Made by a program: the position numbers and the translations under genes. A stretch of DNA of 64,000 nt from assembly GCF_006345805.1 (NCBI RefSeq), contig NC_043005.1, positions 60,574,001 through 60,638,000 on the forward strand, read 5' to 3'. Below the pieces are notes generated by a model, which saw nothing but the letters and a program-made list of their open reading frames with translations, was not told the DNA's origin and did not search any database. The stretch is from Octopus sinensis (Eukaryota). Positions 13,879-28,276 of the stretch are shown here, piece by piece; positions within the stretch are counted from its first letter, which is position 1, and each line of letters begins with the position of its first letter.

Positions 13879-13990
13879 TGTTGTTGTTGTTGTTGTAGTA
13901 GTAGTTGTCGTTGTTGTTCTTGTTCTTGTTGTTTTTGTTATTGTTCTTGTTGTTTTTGTCATTGTTGTTTGTCGTGTTGTTTATATTGTT
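13818..13990. repeat. (TAG)n(TTG)n microsatellite
   Basis: Seen directly; explains the poly-Y/N/T ORFs. Confidence 0.9.
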
Positions 13991-14339
13991 GTGGCCGACA
14001 ATGAAATTACCGTACTTGTGTTTGTGTGTGTATATGAGTTCGCTCCCTATGTTGTTTATATCTATGCCCTTTATACATTTTTCATTCTCTATTTTTTTTA
14101 AATGTATCATAGATATGTGCATTTATGTCTAATATATGTGTATTACGCTGTTTGTATCTGGGTTCATTTTCTTCTTTCAGTTTTTAGTCTTCATGGTGTG
14201 TGGTGTGGTGGTGGGTGTTTTATTCCCTTTGTGTTTTGTATTGAGGCTCGGTCTGTCTATTGTTATGTGTGTGGCCTCTGTGATCTGTCTAAGTGTCGTG
14301 TCCATTTTCACTGTTACGAAGGAATAATAATAATGGTTT

Positions 14340-14790
14340 CACATTTGTCACTAGGGCAGCAATTTTGAGGGGGGTGTCGATTACATCGATCTCTGTGTTC
14401 AACTGGTTCTTATATTTTCGACCCCAAAATGATGAAAGGTAAATTCGACCTTTGCTGAATCTGAGCTCTGAACGTAAAGACGAACAAAACGCTGCTAAGC
14501 ATTCCATCTGGCGTGCTAACGATTCTGCCAGCTCGCTGCCTCGATAATAATTCTTTCTACAAGAAGCATCAGGGGTGAAATTTTAGATTAGGGTTCCATT
14601 CAATAACATTGACACGAGTACATGACTGGTACTTATTTTATTGACCTAGAAAGGATGAAAGGCCTAGTCGATCTCGGTGGCATTTAAACTGAGAACGTAA
14701 AGACGCACGAAGTGCCGCCTACCATATTTTCTGGAGTGGTAACTTTTATCCGAACTCACTTATACGTCGCGCTAATGATTCTACCGCCTC
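14340..14790 (-). mobile_element. Two diverged SINE family A copies
   Basis: Motifs cgaccccaaaatgatgaaaggtaaattcgacc and tgctaacgattctgccagctcg are the reverse complement of family A. Confidence 0.7.
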
Positions 14791-16849
14791 AGTCCGTAAA
14801 ACGTTTTAATGTAGTTCTAATTCAAGTGCTATTATTCATTTATGAAATAGAATACCATACCGCAGCTACTCAGATATTGTTATTTTTAAATGGAACCGTA
14901 ATGTTTACATAGTGCGCGTGTTTATTTAAGTGGCTAATATTTCTCTCTCAGAAGATATTCTAGTCTTAATACATGATTTCAGATAAAATAAATATTCTTC
15001 AAAATATACAAGAAAGGAATTAGAATAATATTACTCACTATGTTATACCAGATTTTCTAGCTTTACGACGCAGTCTTCAATTCTGAATATGTTATTTCGA
15101 AAAACAATACTTAATTATTAATTAGTCTTATCCTCGCTGATGGAAAGCAAATTCGTTATGACAAATATAAAGTAAATAAAATGGATTCCAAGTTTGCATT
15201 AAGGTCGAGGATATGGGTTGTAGTTTCATTTCTTACCATTTCTTTCTTATCAGTGTTCGCTAACCTTATTCTCACGTAACGATACCAGCTTTTATTGCCG
15301 CGTATTCTTGTAGCGTACATTCCAAGACATTTAACTGGACCATGAAGGAACGAAAGGCAAAGTTGAGTATGGCGTGATTTGAGCTTAAAATAGAAATAAT
15401 ATCAAAAATAAAGTACATTGCAACCTAGAATGCCCAGACAGTGACGTCTATGATTCCAGCATTCTTAACTAATTAAGAGCGTTTTTCAAAATATCCAATT
15501 AAATCTTGAAAATCGTAGGCTGGATGAAAGTTGATCATTTCTGTTTAAAAAATATAAATACGCTAGACTTTTTTAAAAAGTCGCGGATGGATTAAATTTT
15601 TTCTAAGAAACTCGGACAGGTACACGCGATCCTGAATTCTAGTGTACAACATACACGTCAATTTACATATATCAAATCAGCATTGTCTAACAGAACAATT
15701 CTCTCGGTAATAATGTTAGCAATATGGTTAGATTAATAATATACAGCAGAAAATCATAAAACACAACATTGTTCTCAAAAATAATAGCATGACTCTTAAC
15801 AGCAATTGATTTACTTGAAGATATGGTTCACAGGAAATTGCTAATGGTTATTCCAATATACGAATCGCTCATAGTTTACTTCTGAAAATATGCAAAGTAT
15901 CGTCGTATGTAATTTAGAAACAATATAATGATTAAGTCACACTCTTTCGTTGTTTCCTTTCTTACAATATTATATCACTTGCAATGCTATTGCTTTTATG
16001 CATACACACATAAACACATATACACACACTACATACATACATATAAATGTATACGTATAATATAACACACACACATATATATACATATACACATATACAT
16101 GTATATGCACTATATTTATAAGCACTATCTGTGTGTGTGTATATATCTGAGTATTCCTTTATATATGTGATAATAAACACAGAAAACCTCAACGCACGCA
16201 CGTATAACGTTTCTAAGAATTATATACTTGTGTGGACGTTCCCATATATGTTTATGTATGTGTGTGCACCTTTACGTTTGCGATTGAATATGTACGTGGG
16301 CACTACATTGCTTTTTATGTAAATGATATTCATAGTCAATTACAGTTTCTCTTTTTAATGCAGTTATTAAATTTATCGTAATTCCCTATAAATTATTTTA
16401 CCATTCTTCGTACTGTTTGACGGAAAAGAGTAATTATGGATATTGTTATATGCTGAGATTTCCTCTTGGCCACTATAAAATCTCATATACGAAAGTGTTT
16501 AATCATACTCGTCTTCTCCATGTATTCTTAGCCATTTTATACGCTTTTCATGTTAGTGCATGAAAATCAATTTCGTTTTACACAGCACATTGAAAAATCT
16601 AAGGATGCGTATATTAGAAGGCTTTAATATTTTTCGCTTTACTGAAAGTGTCTCGTCAATATTCAGAATCAGGCAAACATGCCTTTAAATGTGTCTTTCA
16701 CATGAGAATCCATGGTCAGATCCTTGAGCTAGCGTGGATGTATTTTAATGGCCTACCAATGCATACAATAAGGTTCTGTACGATAGGAGTCGGCAAGATA
16801 CTCGGCAAGAAATGGAAACAAAGTTAAAATAGCAATAATAATAATAATG

Positions 16850-16913
<64 letters not shown>

Positions 16914-16920
16914 TAATAAT

Positions 16921-17290
16921 ATGACTGTCCCAATCAACATAAAGGTATTTGTCAAGGTATTTGTAAATCTGAGCAAGTTTAAGGATCTTGAAATAGAAGT
17001 TGACGAAATGTGGAACCTCAAAGCTTAAACAATACCTGTTGACATACGTGCCCAAAGAATGATAGCAAAAGGAGCTGCCTGCAACCTAGATCAGATATCA
17101 GGAAATTTAAAATTGGAAGAAATTCAGAAAATAGTGCTCATGAAAACTTCCCATATCTACGTAAAATACTGTCTATGTAATCACAAATTTTAAAACAAAC
17201 TTATAATTTTCTTGTGTTTTCTTAAACATTCTCTAGAATAATACAGTGTGTAAACCAAAAAATATGGCACCCTAGTCATAACACCAACTT
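16921..17290 (+). mobile_element. R4/Dong-like LINE 3' fragment
   Basis: Translation ..SKFKDLEIEVDEMWNLKA*TIPV..LEEIQKIVLM..RKILSM*; preceded by a long (AAT)n tract. Confidence 0.7.
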
Positions 17291-17629
17291 GAACCTCTAA
17301 CTTGTTGTTTCTTGAGGTCTCTGGGTGAGACTTAGCTTCAACTTGTAAATACAAACAAAAGTCAAGCATGTACACTCTTCATCGGTGCCGGGAGGATTAC
17401 AGACAACCTCGAACGCGGCCGAACTTGTGCTGAGAACGAAAGCCCAAACAAATACTGCCAAGTATCTTGCCCGACATGCTGAATATTCTACCATGTTTGT
17501 CGCCTGTTGAGTAATTAGATTTAACAGATTATTTCTGCTAGCAGTTATTTCTATATGAATTCGAAAATACCTGTTGCGCTGGTTTCACTACGCGATTCGA
17601 ACAGACAGCTCAAGGTTGAAAGGGGCAGA

Positions 17630-18430
17630 AGATCGACGTTTAAAAAGTTTTGTTTATGGACGAAACTCGCGCTAATCTTGATGGAAGTGATTGGTGGTGC
17701 AAGGGATTGGTCGTAAATGGACTAGATCTTCAACAACACTTGAGACGCTAACAAGGCGGAGGAGGCAACATGATTTTGGCAGTATTATGATTAGTCCTTG
17801 GAAAGAGCCGGATGGTGTTAAAATGACTGCGGACGCATACATAACCTTTCTGAGGGAGCTCCTTGAACCTTGGTTAAAAACTCAAAGAGTAACTTTCAAG
17901 TCAAACATAATATTCATGCAAGATAATGCACCTTTGCGCTCAGCTTAGAAACCTACAGACTATCTGCTGCAATGATGTTTCTGTGGAACTCGAAAAATGA
18001 AATGGCCTGCCTGTTCCCCCAGCTTAATCCCAATAGAAAACTTCAGTATTCTAAAGCGAAGACTTTTCGAGAATGGACGCCAATTTAGGAACAAGGGTGA
18101 ACTGTGGCAGTCGATAGTGGATGTATCATGTGGTATAACATCAAAGGCGGCGAGCTTGCAGAAACGTTAGCACGCCGGGCGAAATGCGTAGCCGTATTTC
18201 GCCTGCCGTTACGTTCTGAGTTCAAATTCCGCCGAGGTCGACTTTGCCTTTCATCCTTTCGGGGTCGATAAATTAAGTACCAGTTACGCACTGGGGTCGA
18301 TATAATCGACTTAATCCGTTTGTCTATCCCCTCTGTGTTTAGCCCCTTGTGGGTAGTAAAGAAATAGGTATAACATCAGAGAAGATCCAGAAATTAGCAT
18401 GTGCCATTTCCAACTTATTTCAAAGGCTCA
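17630..18430 (+). pseudogene. Tc1/mariner transposase remnant interrupted by a SINE
   Basis: VLFMDETR..QGGGG..GVKMTADAYITFL..IFMQDNAP..WPACSP.LNPIEN (DDE motifs) with stops and frameshifts; SINE at 18145-18368; reading resumes ITSEKIQKL. Confidence 0.9.
18145..18368 (+). mobile_element. tRNA-derived SINE family A
   Basis: Full consensus-like copy from ggcggcgagc to aaagaaatagg. Confidence 0.9.
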
Positions 18431-18642
18431 TATATCCCTTACTAACCAGTCGACCAATCATTTTAGAACAATGTTTATTTGTTTATTTCTATTTCTTCAA
18501 TGTTGCGACTGTATGTGTTCAATTCAGTATGTGCATCAAGCAATTAAATTGGTATTTTCTTCTTTACATCAGTTTTAATTACACTTCGCTAATGATTTAA
18601 AACATTGAAAGTTTACATTAATTTGGTAAAAGGTAATTTGAG

Positions 18643-18785
18643 GAAATTTCCCCAAGACACCTGAGGAAGGTTGGAGGGTATATCAACCGAAACAAACAAA
18701 ATGAGGACAAATATACGTCGAATATAAATAATGTAAATAATGTAAACAATGTACATAATTCTTTATCTCTTAAATATAGAACTGT
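18643..18785 (+). mobile_element. PLE pLTR fragment with truncated hammerhead (stem III and cleavage site deleted)
   Basis: GACAC CUGAGGA a GGUUG-gaggguauau-CAACC GAAAC; homologous to the 20890-21072 and 47360-47500 copies. Confidence 0.7.
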
Positions 18786-19343
18786 AAGGTTATATTTTTT
18801 GTGTTGTTTTACGGAGCCTAGCGTTCACTATGCACCACGCGCATATAAGTAAGTGCTTGGAATTAATTTAAAATGAGGAAAAATTAGTAACTACCTTTTA
18901 ACATAAATCTTGTAAAATAATTCTACATAAAGAGGAAACATCAGCAGGAGAAATTTCCCGGCAATAACATAATTTTTATAGTCGTGGTTAACATACAGCA
19001 AACAACACTGTGTTGCCTGCAAGTCGTGCCTGAGATAACATTTTTTAGGTGATCATAATTAGAAATATTTCGAGTAAAACTATATTTGGTAATTCAGGTG
19101 CTGATGAGATTTTATATTGTTTTTTCAAATGCATAAAGTAACGATATCGTATAATTTTCTGCATATTCTACTGTAGTTTTGCAGTTCTTTTTGAAAGCAT
19201 ATCTTTATAGTATGTATCATATATGTCTGCATGCAAGTATTTATACACACACATACACATACACTTATATATTGATATATATATATATTTATGTATATGT
19301 ATATATGTGTGTATATATATATATGTGTGTATATATATATATG

Positions 19344-19415
<72 letters not shown>

Positions 19416-19417
19416 GT

Positions 19418-19469
<52 letters not shown>

Positions 19470-19524
19470 ATATATACACATATATATATATATACATATA
19501 CATACATATATATATGTATGTATG

Positions 19525-19570
<46 letters not shown>

Positions 19571-19879
19571 TAAAAAATGGAGTTAACGCAGGCTTAAATA
19601 AGTATTTTTACTTTCTACATATGTAAAATACACTCATCTATTTATATATATATATATATATATATGCGCGTGTGTGTGTATGTATATATCTAAAAGCGAC
19701 AATTAACTTAACTGTGATTTAACTCAGGAGCTCAAAGGAGAGGATAGATGTTTTAGGGAGTAAACTAGGTACCAAGATCTGATTAAACACTGCGAAATGT
19801 TGGCAGTTGTTGTTCTTTCTATTTGAGATTGACTTAAGTTGATTTGTAGTGTAGACTGTGCGGTAGATACTAATTCCTC

Positions 19880-20846
19880 AGAGAGTAGCATGTATGGAGA
19901 GCCTGATGGCAACATGCAAGTTGGTGAAGCGACGAAAGACATCGTGTAGGACAGTGCTGTGCCTGAAAAACATCGCAACAGGCAACACAATTACAGGCCG
20001 AAAACTTGTTTGCCACTCATGTGGAAATTATTGACTGGAATACTCGCAGACTCAATGTACGAACATCTGAAAAACAAAATGAACACCTGCCACATGAGCA
20101 GAAGAACAGCAAGCGTAAGTGCAGAGGTACCAAGGATCGAGACAGCAAGAGGAGGAAAAGTAACTTAGCCATGTGATGGATCGACTATCGTAAGGCGTAC
20201 GATAGCATCCCACATTCCTGGATTATGGAGTGTATGACCCTGTTTGGGATTGCATCGAATGTTGAGCGATTGCTTGGAAAACGTATGGCGAATTCGAGGA
20301 CTGGCCTGACAGCATATAGAAGAAGTTTACGGACAGTAGAAATTAGCAGAGGCCACCTCCAAGGGGATTACCTATTCCCACTAATATTTGTACTATGCAT
20401 GACACTACTAACACTGATTTTGAGGAAAGCAAAGGTTGGGTATGTATTGGACACTTTGCAACAAGTATGGACTTGACAGAACAAGAAATTGGTAAGACCA
20501 CAAATCTGAAGGCATAGCATGCCCAGCTGACAACAAGATATGCGATAAGGAAGAAAGAAAAGTCGAGAGATATGACAGGTTAGCTTGGGAAGTTATGCAG
20601 TTGTGGTCGATGTAAAAGATAGCAGTAGTACCAATAATCGTCGAAGCCCTGGGAACAGTGAGCAAAAATCTCGAGAAATACGTGGAATAAATATAGGCTG
20701 CAATACGGGTGGAGCACTTGATGAAAACAGCACTGCTTGGAACCGCTTGAATACTCCTGAAGGTGCTCGAAAATAAGAGGTGTTACTTTAGTTCGCCGGT
20801 AGTGAACAACTGACACTGTAGTACATCTCCAGCGTTAGAAAAAATC

Positions 20847-20847
<1 letters not shown>
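19880..20847 (+). mobile_element. R4/Dong-like LINE remnant (RT plus RLE C-terminus), internally deleted, with (TAA)n tail
   Basis: NYRPKTCLPLMWKLLTGI..WIDYRKAYDSIPHSWI..RGHLQGDYLFPLIFVL; later VVPIIV..KTALLGTA; (TAA)n at 20848-20890. Confidence 0.9.
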
Positions 20848-20889
<42 letters not shown>

Positions 20890-20894
<5 letters not shown>

Positions 20895-21072
20895 TCAAAA
20901 ATACCTCAGAAATGAGAACCCCGGTTCGAAATTTCCCCAAGACACCTGATGAAGGCTGGAGGGTATATCAGCCGAAACGTGTTAACAACAAACAAGATTA
21001 GGACAAATATGCGTCAACTTTAGATAATGAAAATAATGTACGTAATTCCTCATCTCTTAAATATAGAACTGT
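20890..21072 (+). mobile_element. PLE pLTR fragment with hammerhead core (3-nt deletion at the cleavage site)
   Basis: GACAC CUGAUGA a GGCUG-gaggguauau-CAGCC GAAAC GUGUU at 20941-20983. Confidence 0.75.
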
Positions 21073-23688
21073 ACACAAATTCCAGCGGATCAAATTTCTA
21101 TTAGTGATAAAAGAGTATTATATAAGCTAATAATACGTTCATAGCTAAATTCTGGTTATGGTTCCTTCATCGAATTTCATCAAATGGTGAAATCATCGAA
21201 TTTTCTGTCAAAAGTGCTCTAGACCGAAGTTCGGTAAACTGTCAAATGATTGAAATTCATCAAGCAGTGCACTGATAGAATTTTCCAAGAAATTAGCTCA
21301 TCGAATTTCATCAAACTTTCAGATGGTCGAATTCCTTTACATGAAACACTTGCAGAAATTTCATTATACGAAATGGTCGGACGAATTTCATGAAAAGTTC
21401 AGATGGTTGCACTTCTCGAAATGGTCTATGATCAAAATATATCATAGAATTACGACCGATTTATATGAAACAGTCAGTTGATCTAATTTCTATAGGCATT
21501 AGTAATAGATGATATTCACAGGTACAAAAGTCATAGGCTAAATTTACCTAAAATCCACAGGCATAGAGCAGTCAGTTGACGGAACTTCATCAAACAATAG
21601 ACGGTTGACTGAATATCATCAAAAGTTAGTCATCAAAAATGGGGTCACATGATCGAAGTTAGAACAAATTCCATGCTAAATCTATTGGCTGAACTGAGAG
21701 TTAACCTGAAATATAGGCATAATATAAGCAAAAATATTAAAAATTGCATCTATAGGCGTTTCTCTAAGTAAAAATACAGGCTAAATCTACAAGGATACAT
21801 ATAGGCTTGAGCTATGGGATACGAATTAGAAACCGAAAAATATCGGCTTAACCTGTAGGAAAAATATTATTGGCTAAATTTATATCATATATCGATGCAT
21901 ATGTTCTGTTCAACAAATCTTCACGTAACATATTAATTAACTCTTTTTCTCTATACCATAAAATAGAATTTACGCTATACTTAATGGTAAATATACTATT
22001 AATATGACCTTCATACAGCACTAAATGTATGTACTGTATGTAGGCCATATTATTAGTTAAGTTAATCAAATATAAGTTGATCAATTATTTAGAGGGCGGT
22101 CTAAATGCACAGACAAAAATGTATGCAAGCTATCAGAAAAAGCTATAAGCTAAACCTCATGCAAAAACTAGTGGTTAAAATTATAGCTTAACTGTATCTG
22201 TGACCGTTCAAATTTGATGAGACTGTCATTTAATCGAATCTCATAAAACATTGATTGAATTTGTATAAGCAATTGTATAGTCTCAATTTTATACGTCAAG
22301 ATTATATGTAGGAATTCTATAGTGTAATATAATTTTAAAGGCAAAATTGAGAATATGAATTGTAAATCCCATTTCATTGAATTAGCCAAATTAAACAAAC
22401 AGTCACTAGCGTGAAACTTATCAAATACCATAGCATAGTCGAAATCTAATAGCTATATTACTGACAAATTCTATAGTCTATATTATAGGGTAAATCTTTA
22501 AAATATAATTCTACATAAAATTACAGGATAAATAAATTGTAATCTATATGCAAATCTGTAGACTCAAAGTATGAGTTAAAGCAACAAGCATAATGTATAC
22601 GAGAGTCGACAAATATTAGGAATACATATGATCTAAAGACATGTTTCTGAAAAAATACTGAGAGTCTCGGGAACGTTAAACGCACCTCAAGAAACACGTG
22701 TAGAAGAGAAATACGGAACCGAAATAGTAAGTATTAAAATAAAATTCTATGATATGGTGTGATGTATATTAGGATTTGATGAATTGCATGGGGACTTCTA
22801 TCTCTAAATGACACACACAGACACACAGACACGCAGACACACACACACACACACGCATTCATATATATATTAGATCTCTAGGTAATTAGATATTACATTC
22901 ACGAACTAAATCCATAGGCAAAACAAGTACGCTGAAACAATGGCTACGTAATGGATATATACTGGATGCAGAAAATATGGCTACATATATGATCTAAAGC
23001 TATTGTCTAAATCTTAGTTAACAAATGTAAGCTAGTTGTATAGGTTAAATCTATAGTCCCAAAGTATATGTTCTATTAAGCAAATGTTCAGTTATTCACA
23101 TTTCAAGTAAGTAGAGTCAGGCAAAAGTTTTTTTAAAGCCTCATCTTAGTCTTGTAAGTTCTTTCGCTTTAGAAAATGAGAAGACTAACTTAAAAATAGC
23201 ATTATCTTTGATTAATACTCGTAACTGCATGAAGTTACATATATATCCAGACAAATGTATAAGTGTGATGCATTTTTTCATGGTTCCCCATTTATAAATA
23301 ACTAGCGTACGCACATACAACACATATAATCATCTGTTCATATGCAGCAATAAAATTATACGCTTTGGATGTGGACGCGACAATATGTCTAGTGGCGCAC
23401 ATACCCTAATCGCTCATTTACATATCAGCACATGCTCGTATATGTGTGTTTTTCAGTGTGTGTGTGTGTGTGTGTCTGTGTGTGCGTGTGTGTATGCATC
23501 TCTGTTGTCCGTGTGTATATGTATCTAAATATACATAGATATATTTATATTTGCTTTGGATGACAACTTAAGAATTGTAAGACCGCAACGGAGACTATGT
23601 TGAAAAATAAACATTGGCCATACGCCATACAAGTATCTTGATGAGCCTATGAACTTTTCAGCCAACCGTCGCATATATATATATATAT

Positions 23689-23804
23689 ATCACGTGATCA
23701 CGTGACCGACCAGATCATCAGATGTTGTAACACATCGCTGGTCACAATGCGTTCGCATTGTTTTAGCCTTCGAATGACGCCATCCCGCTGGCTAAGCGAG
23801 CAGG

Positions 23805-23808
<4 letters not shown>
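23689..23808. repeat. Interspersed repeat starting with palindromic TCACGTGATCACGTGA (second copy near 45062-45270)
   Basis: Two homologous copies, each adjacent to (TA)n. Confidence 0.7.
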
Positions 23809-23876
<68 letters not shown>

Positions 23877-24770
23877 ATTATGAGCTTCTCCTACCCAGCC
23901 TTCTTTTATACCTTTTCCCAGAGGAAAAGGTATATATAAGACAATATTTGTGACCATTCCTAGCCGTGAGCTATCAACTCACTCTTGCCCTTCATTCTAA
24001 ACAGATACAGTCCTCTTGTCTTAGATTTAGTAGTTGATGAAAAATACAAATAAATTAGAAATGAACCACACTCATTTACAAGCTATGACCCCAGTGGGCT
24101 TCTTGCCATTCTTGGAAGTGTAGTCTATCCTTAGCTACAATAGCGACAACATGAATTTCTTCTATCTTCTAGATCTGTTAAAGTATTTGAGAAAAATTAT
24201 ACTAATGCGTCCAAGTGTTTAAAATTCTATTTACGCAGCTGATGATAGTGCTGCATTTAAATGGATGTAATGATTGCATTGTTCAATTAAATGGAGCCGC
24301 TTGAAACGGTCATACTGCATCACTTCTTTATATCATGTTGCTTATTTTGATATAAATATAAATATATATATATAGTAAGAAAAATCGAGGAAGGGAATGT
24401 TCGATTATCCCCACGTGGTGAATTGTAATGCATTATATATATAATAAAAGAAGGAAAATGCACATAGTTTTAATGTTTTAAAATATATTTTGTAAGTAAA
24501 AGTGTATTGTGTTTGTCGATCGGTTTCGCTCTCGGTAATCATGTCAATGAAATTATTGTAATTACGTATTATCTTAAGAAAATTTTAGTCCATGCTGCGT
24601 AGGTTTTTTTATAATTGAATGAGTGAACAGGTAGAAATATCTAACGTGGGGGGCAATTGGTGATAATTATTATTCGGAACAGGGGAGAGGTATCTGCTTA
24701 ATTTTGGCGGAGAGGTTAAATAAGTACACAAAAACACAAAAGCTTAGGTAATGCAATATTTGTAGTGATG

Positions 24771-25055
24771 TATATGTGAACATGAATTGAAATATATACT
24801 CAGATCATATTTAGGCGTGTTCTGTATTTTTCGATAAATACGTTTTCTTTTTTTGTGCAGAAATTATTTCTTTGCACTGGCAGATGGGGAAATCTGAAGT
24901 TTGGTTGTATATTAATACAACCAAACTTCATTTTTCCCCATCTGCCAGTGCAAAGAAACAATTTCTGTACAAAAGAAGAAAACGTATTTATCGAAAAAAT
25001 ACAGAACACGCCTAAATATGATCTGAGTATATATTTCAATTCATGTTCACATATA
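24771..25055. mobile_element. Hairpin/MITE-like foldback element (about 140-bp arms, 4-nt loop)
   Basis: tatatgtgaacatg... and ...catgttcacatata are reverse complements around loop 24911-24914; possible TA target duplication. Confidence 0.8.
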
Positions 25056-25345
25056 GAAATCCCTCTCTGTGTGCACTGAAAGGAATCTGTCTGTACTGTG
25101 GTAAACGGATCTGTTCCTTATGTAGTGTGGTTCTCCATCTAAGGGTCATTTTGCTCGTCCTATACACTTATGTCGACAACCTGAAAAATTTATAACATAC
25201 ATAAGATTCTCGGAGGTAGAAGTGAAGTTGGTTTTAATTGTGAATCTCTTTCCTTGTTTGAATAGGAATTCCGAACCTTCCTGCAGGTTGGGGCCAGTTC
25301 CACAGTTTGGACGTCCACATATTTAACCATTGGCTTCCTGGTTGT

Positions 25346-25378
<33 letters not shown>

Positions 25379-26148
25379 GTGTTTGTGTATGTTTATGTGG
25401 TATGTGTATGTATGTGTGTGTGTGCGTGCGTGACTAACGTTCATTCAGACATTACCCTGCCAATTTTTCTTCGCAAAACCTAGGCTTGTTCAACACGGCA
25501 ATAGAATATACTTGTTTAATGTTGCTTTGAATATGCATCTTCACATATATTGACTGACAATTCTGTTACTTAGGAGTTCATTTGTTGGATCTGATAGCCT
25601 GGGTATATGAAGTTGAAATAATCCAGAAAATTATGAGTGGGCGTAGAACCACGCATATGATATGGTTTTACAACGTCAATAATGACGAACCTTGTAAATT
25701 TGAAAACTCCTTTCATTAGTGTAAATATGCTATATTTCAAAGCAATTTAACGGCGACAACACATGGAAATAATTAGATATTCACATGAATTGGTTAATTA
25801 CCATGGTGCTTATCGAGAATCAAGACATTTCTAAAGCAAATTTTGAGTCCTCAATGGAATGAAAGTTTCTTCATATGTGTGTATGTGTGTATGCGTGTAT
25901 GTGTGTATATGTTTGTTTGTGTGTGTGTGTGTTTGTATGTGTGTGTTTGTGTATGTGTGTGTTTGTGTATGTGTGTGTGCGACTTGATTGCATCCTGAGC
26001 GTGTCTCCATTTTCTATTTCACCTAATTTTCTCCTTCATATGTCTTGCTTGTCCCCGGATTTAAATTCCACACAAGTTATTCCTTTTTTCCCTAGGGCAC
26101 TTAAGCAACATTTATCAACCTTCTAATTATTCTCTCGTATCTTTCCTT

Positions 26149-26248
<100 letters not shown>

Positions 26249-28232
26249 ATGTTACATTACTCGGTAGTAATGTAACATATTGTATAGATAAATTCCCTCT
26301 ATTTACATAATATTGAGGTCTCTTTCTTTCTTTTGTTATCTTACCGTTTTATCAATATATATATATATGGGTATAGATGGATGAATATATATATATTATT
26401 CTCATCATAAACCGTATGAATCGCTACAATATATCAACGTAAAATGTAATGACCATAGTTTGGCTTATAACAGAATTATCACTGGTGTTTCTATCAGGAT
26501 TTCTGACCTGTACTCTAATGAGGATATATTTAGTAACCATGTGTCGTAGCATCTCCCCTCTTGTGTGAGATTTCATTTATCCCCATTACTAGACTAAAAA
26601 CAAATCCCACTCTTCTCTTTCCCGGAGTGGATTTTGAGCCCGCCAGCCTTGTCTCTCGTCATCTACATACTTTCTCTCTGCAACTGAATCACCCTTCTTT
26701 CGGCTGTCTCGGCGGTTAAATGATCTAAAGTCTCTCCATGCTGACCTGTCCATTACCTCCCTGCACTCTAAGCGCTCCATGGACAGGAAATACGTGGCCT
26801 TGATGGTTCCCACCACTACTCTCTCTTCAGGTCAGAACTTTACTCAAATCCATTTTTCAAAATCCTAAGCTCTATTTTACCATCATACCACACGTGCTAC
26901 CTCATCTTTTTACCAAATTATGCTACTTCAAATTACGTTACACATGTATATAAACATCAATAAATTATAGTAACAAATATTCTGACAGTCATATGCACAT
27001 AGTACTCCACTTAAGATAAATTGAGTAAAATCTTTAAAAGAAAATACTTTACGTTTAGTTAAATTTGCGGAATATAAGATCGTAAATCTCTTGCCAAAAT
27101 CACAAATGCGAAGACCCTACACAACGAAACAATTAGGAATATTAATATAGAACAATATCAATTACGATAAAACAAAATCCTTTTTTAAGCAAATGCAGGA
27201 TCACGAACTGATTCCTATATTGTACCAAAATAATACATAAAGCCACGCTAAAGTAACATCGATCTGTGTAAAATTAAAACGTTAAGTATTCGGTGTGGTA
27301 ACTGCTTTTTATGTTGTCGTCCGCCGATCCACCAAAGACCTTCTAGTTACTCAATATACAGACGGTAATTTCATCTGTGCTAATGGATAGTGACTGAAGT
27401 GAAATTGCGAGGTTTTATAGCATTTTAACTTCTGGCCTGCCAGAGTCGCTCTATTGCAATTAGTTTCATGCTATCTCTTGGACCCCTTATATCATTCTTA
27501 GTCTTAACGAATGCAAGCTTATACCTATTATTTTATATGTGTTACATCATCTTCCTCCCGTTGCTATTTATCTATGCCTGTGTGTATATACTTTGGAGCG
27601 TACTCCTCATGTTATTTTAATATATTTTACCCACACATCATGAATCAACTCATGCAAGATTAGAAGACATTCGCTGCATAGTTTCATCGAAAGCACATTT
27701 TGGCATATAAGATTTTGGACAGTGTATTTGCTCATGCAAACTCATGTTCTGGATACGGAGAAGCCGTGCATAATTATGAAATATATTATATAAAGTCAAG
27801 TTAAACTCTTTTCAAAGAATAGCGCTTTATTATCAACTAGCTATCGTTTCATTGGATTAAATAAAATTGTATCGTAAAGAGAAATGCAGATGACATAAGC
27901 AAGTTTCCCTTAAATATTGACATTAATCAAGAAATATAATGTTTTGATAGATGTTTGGAAACAAAGACCGTGGCATTATTATGATTTTAAAAATGCATCT
28001 TATGAGAAGTGAAGTTGCAGGCAATAGTCCAGTTTGTGGTGAATGCTATAATCCATTGGTAATATATGCACGAATAATTACACATTCACTCTTGAACAAT
28101 GACGCGTACCAAGTTTAATCCTGAATATATATTGCAGTACTGTCCAAACAAATAACTACATAAATGTATATATATATGGAGCGTCTAAATAGCAACTTCC
28201 TGTTTCTTTCCTTTAATCACGCACAAACACGT

Positions 28233-28276
<44 letters not shown>

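Noticed and set aside
19125-19690. Long Y/I/H/T/C/V-rich ORFs here and at 32.4, 36.1, 57-58 and 62.8 kb
   Set aside because: Translations of (TA)n/(CA)n/(TAGA)n microsatellites.
21160-21480. Recurring CATCGAATTTCATCAAA-like motifs
   Set aside because: Irregular and degenerate; no period or function can be supported.
26589-26816. RTE-like LINE 3' end (DRSAWR motif)
   Set aside because: A single short motif is too weak to call.
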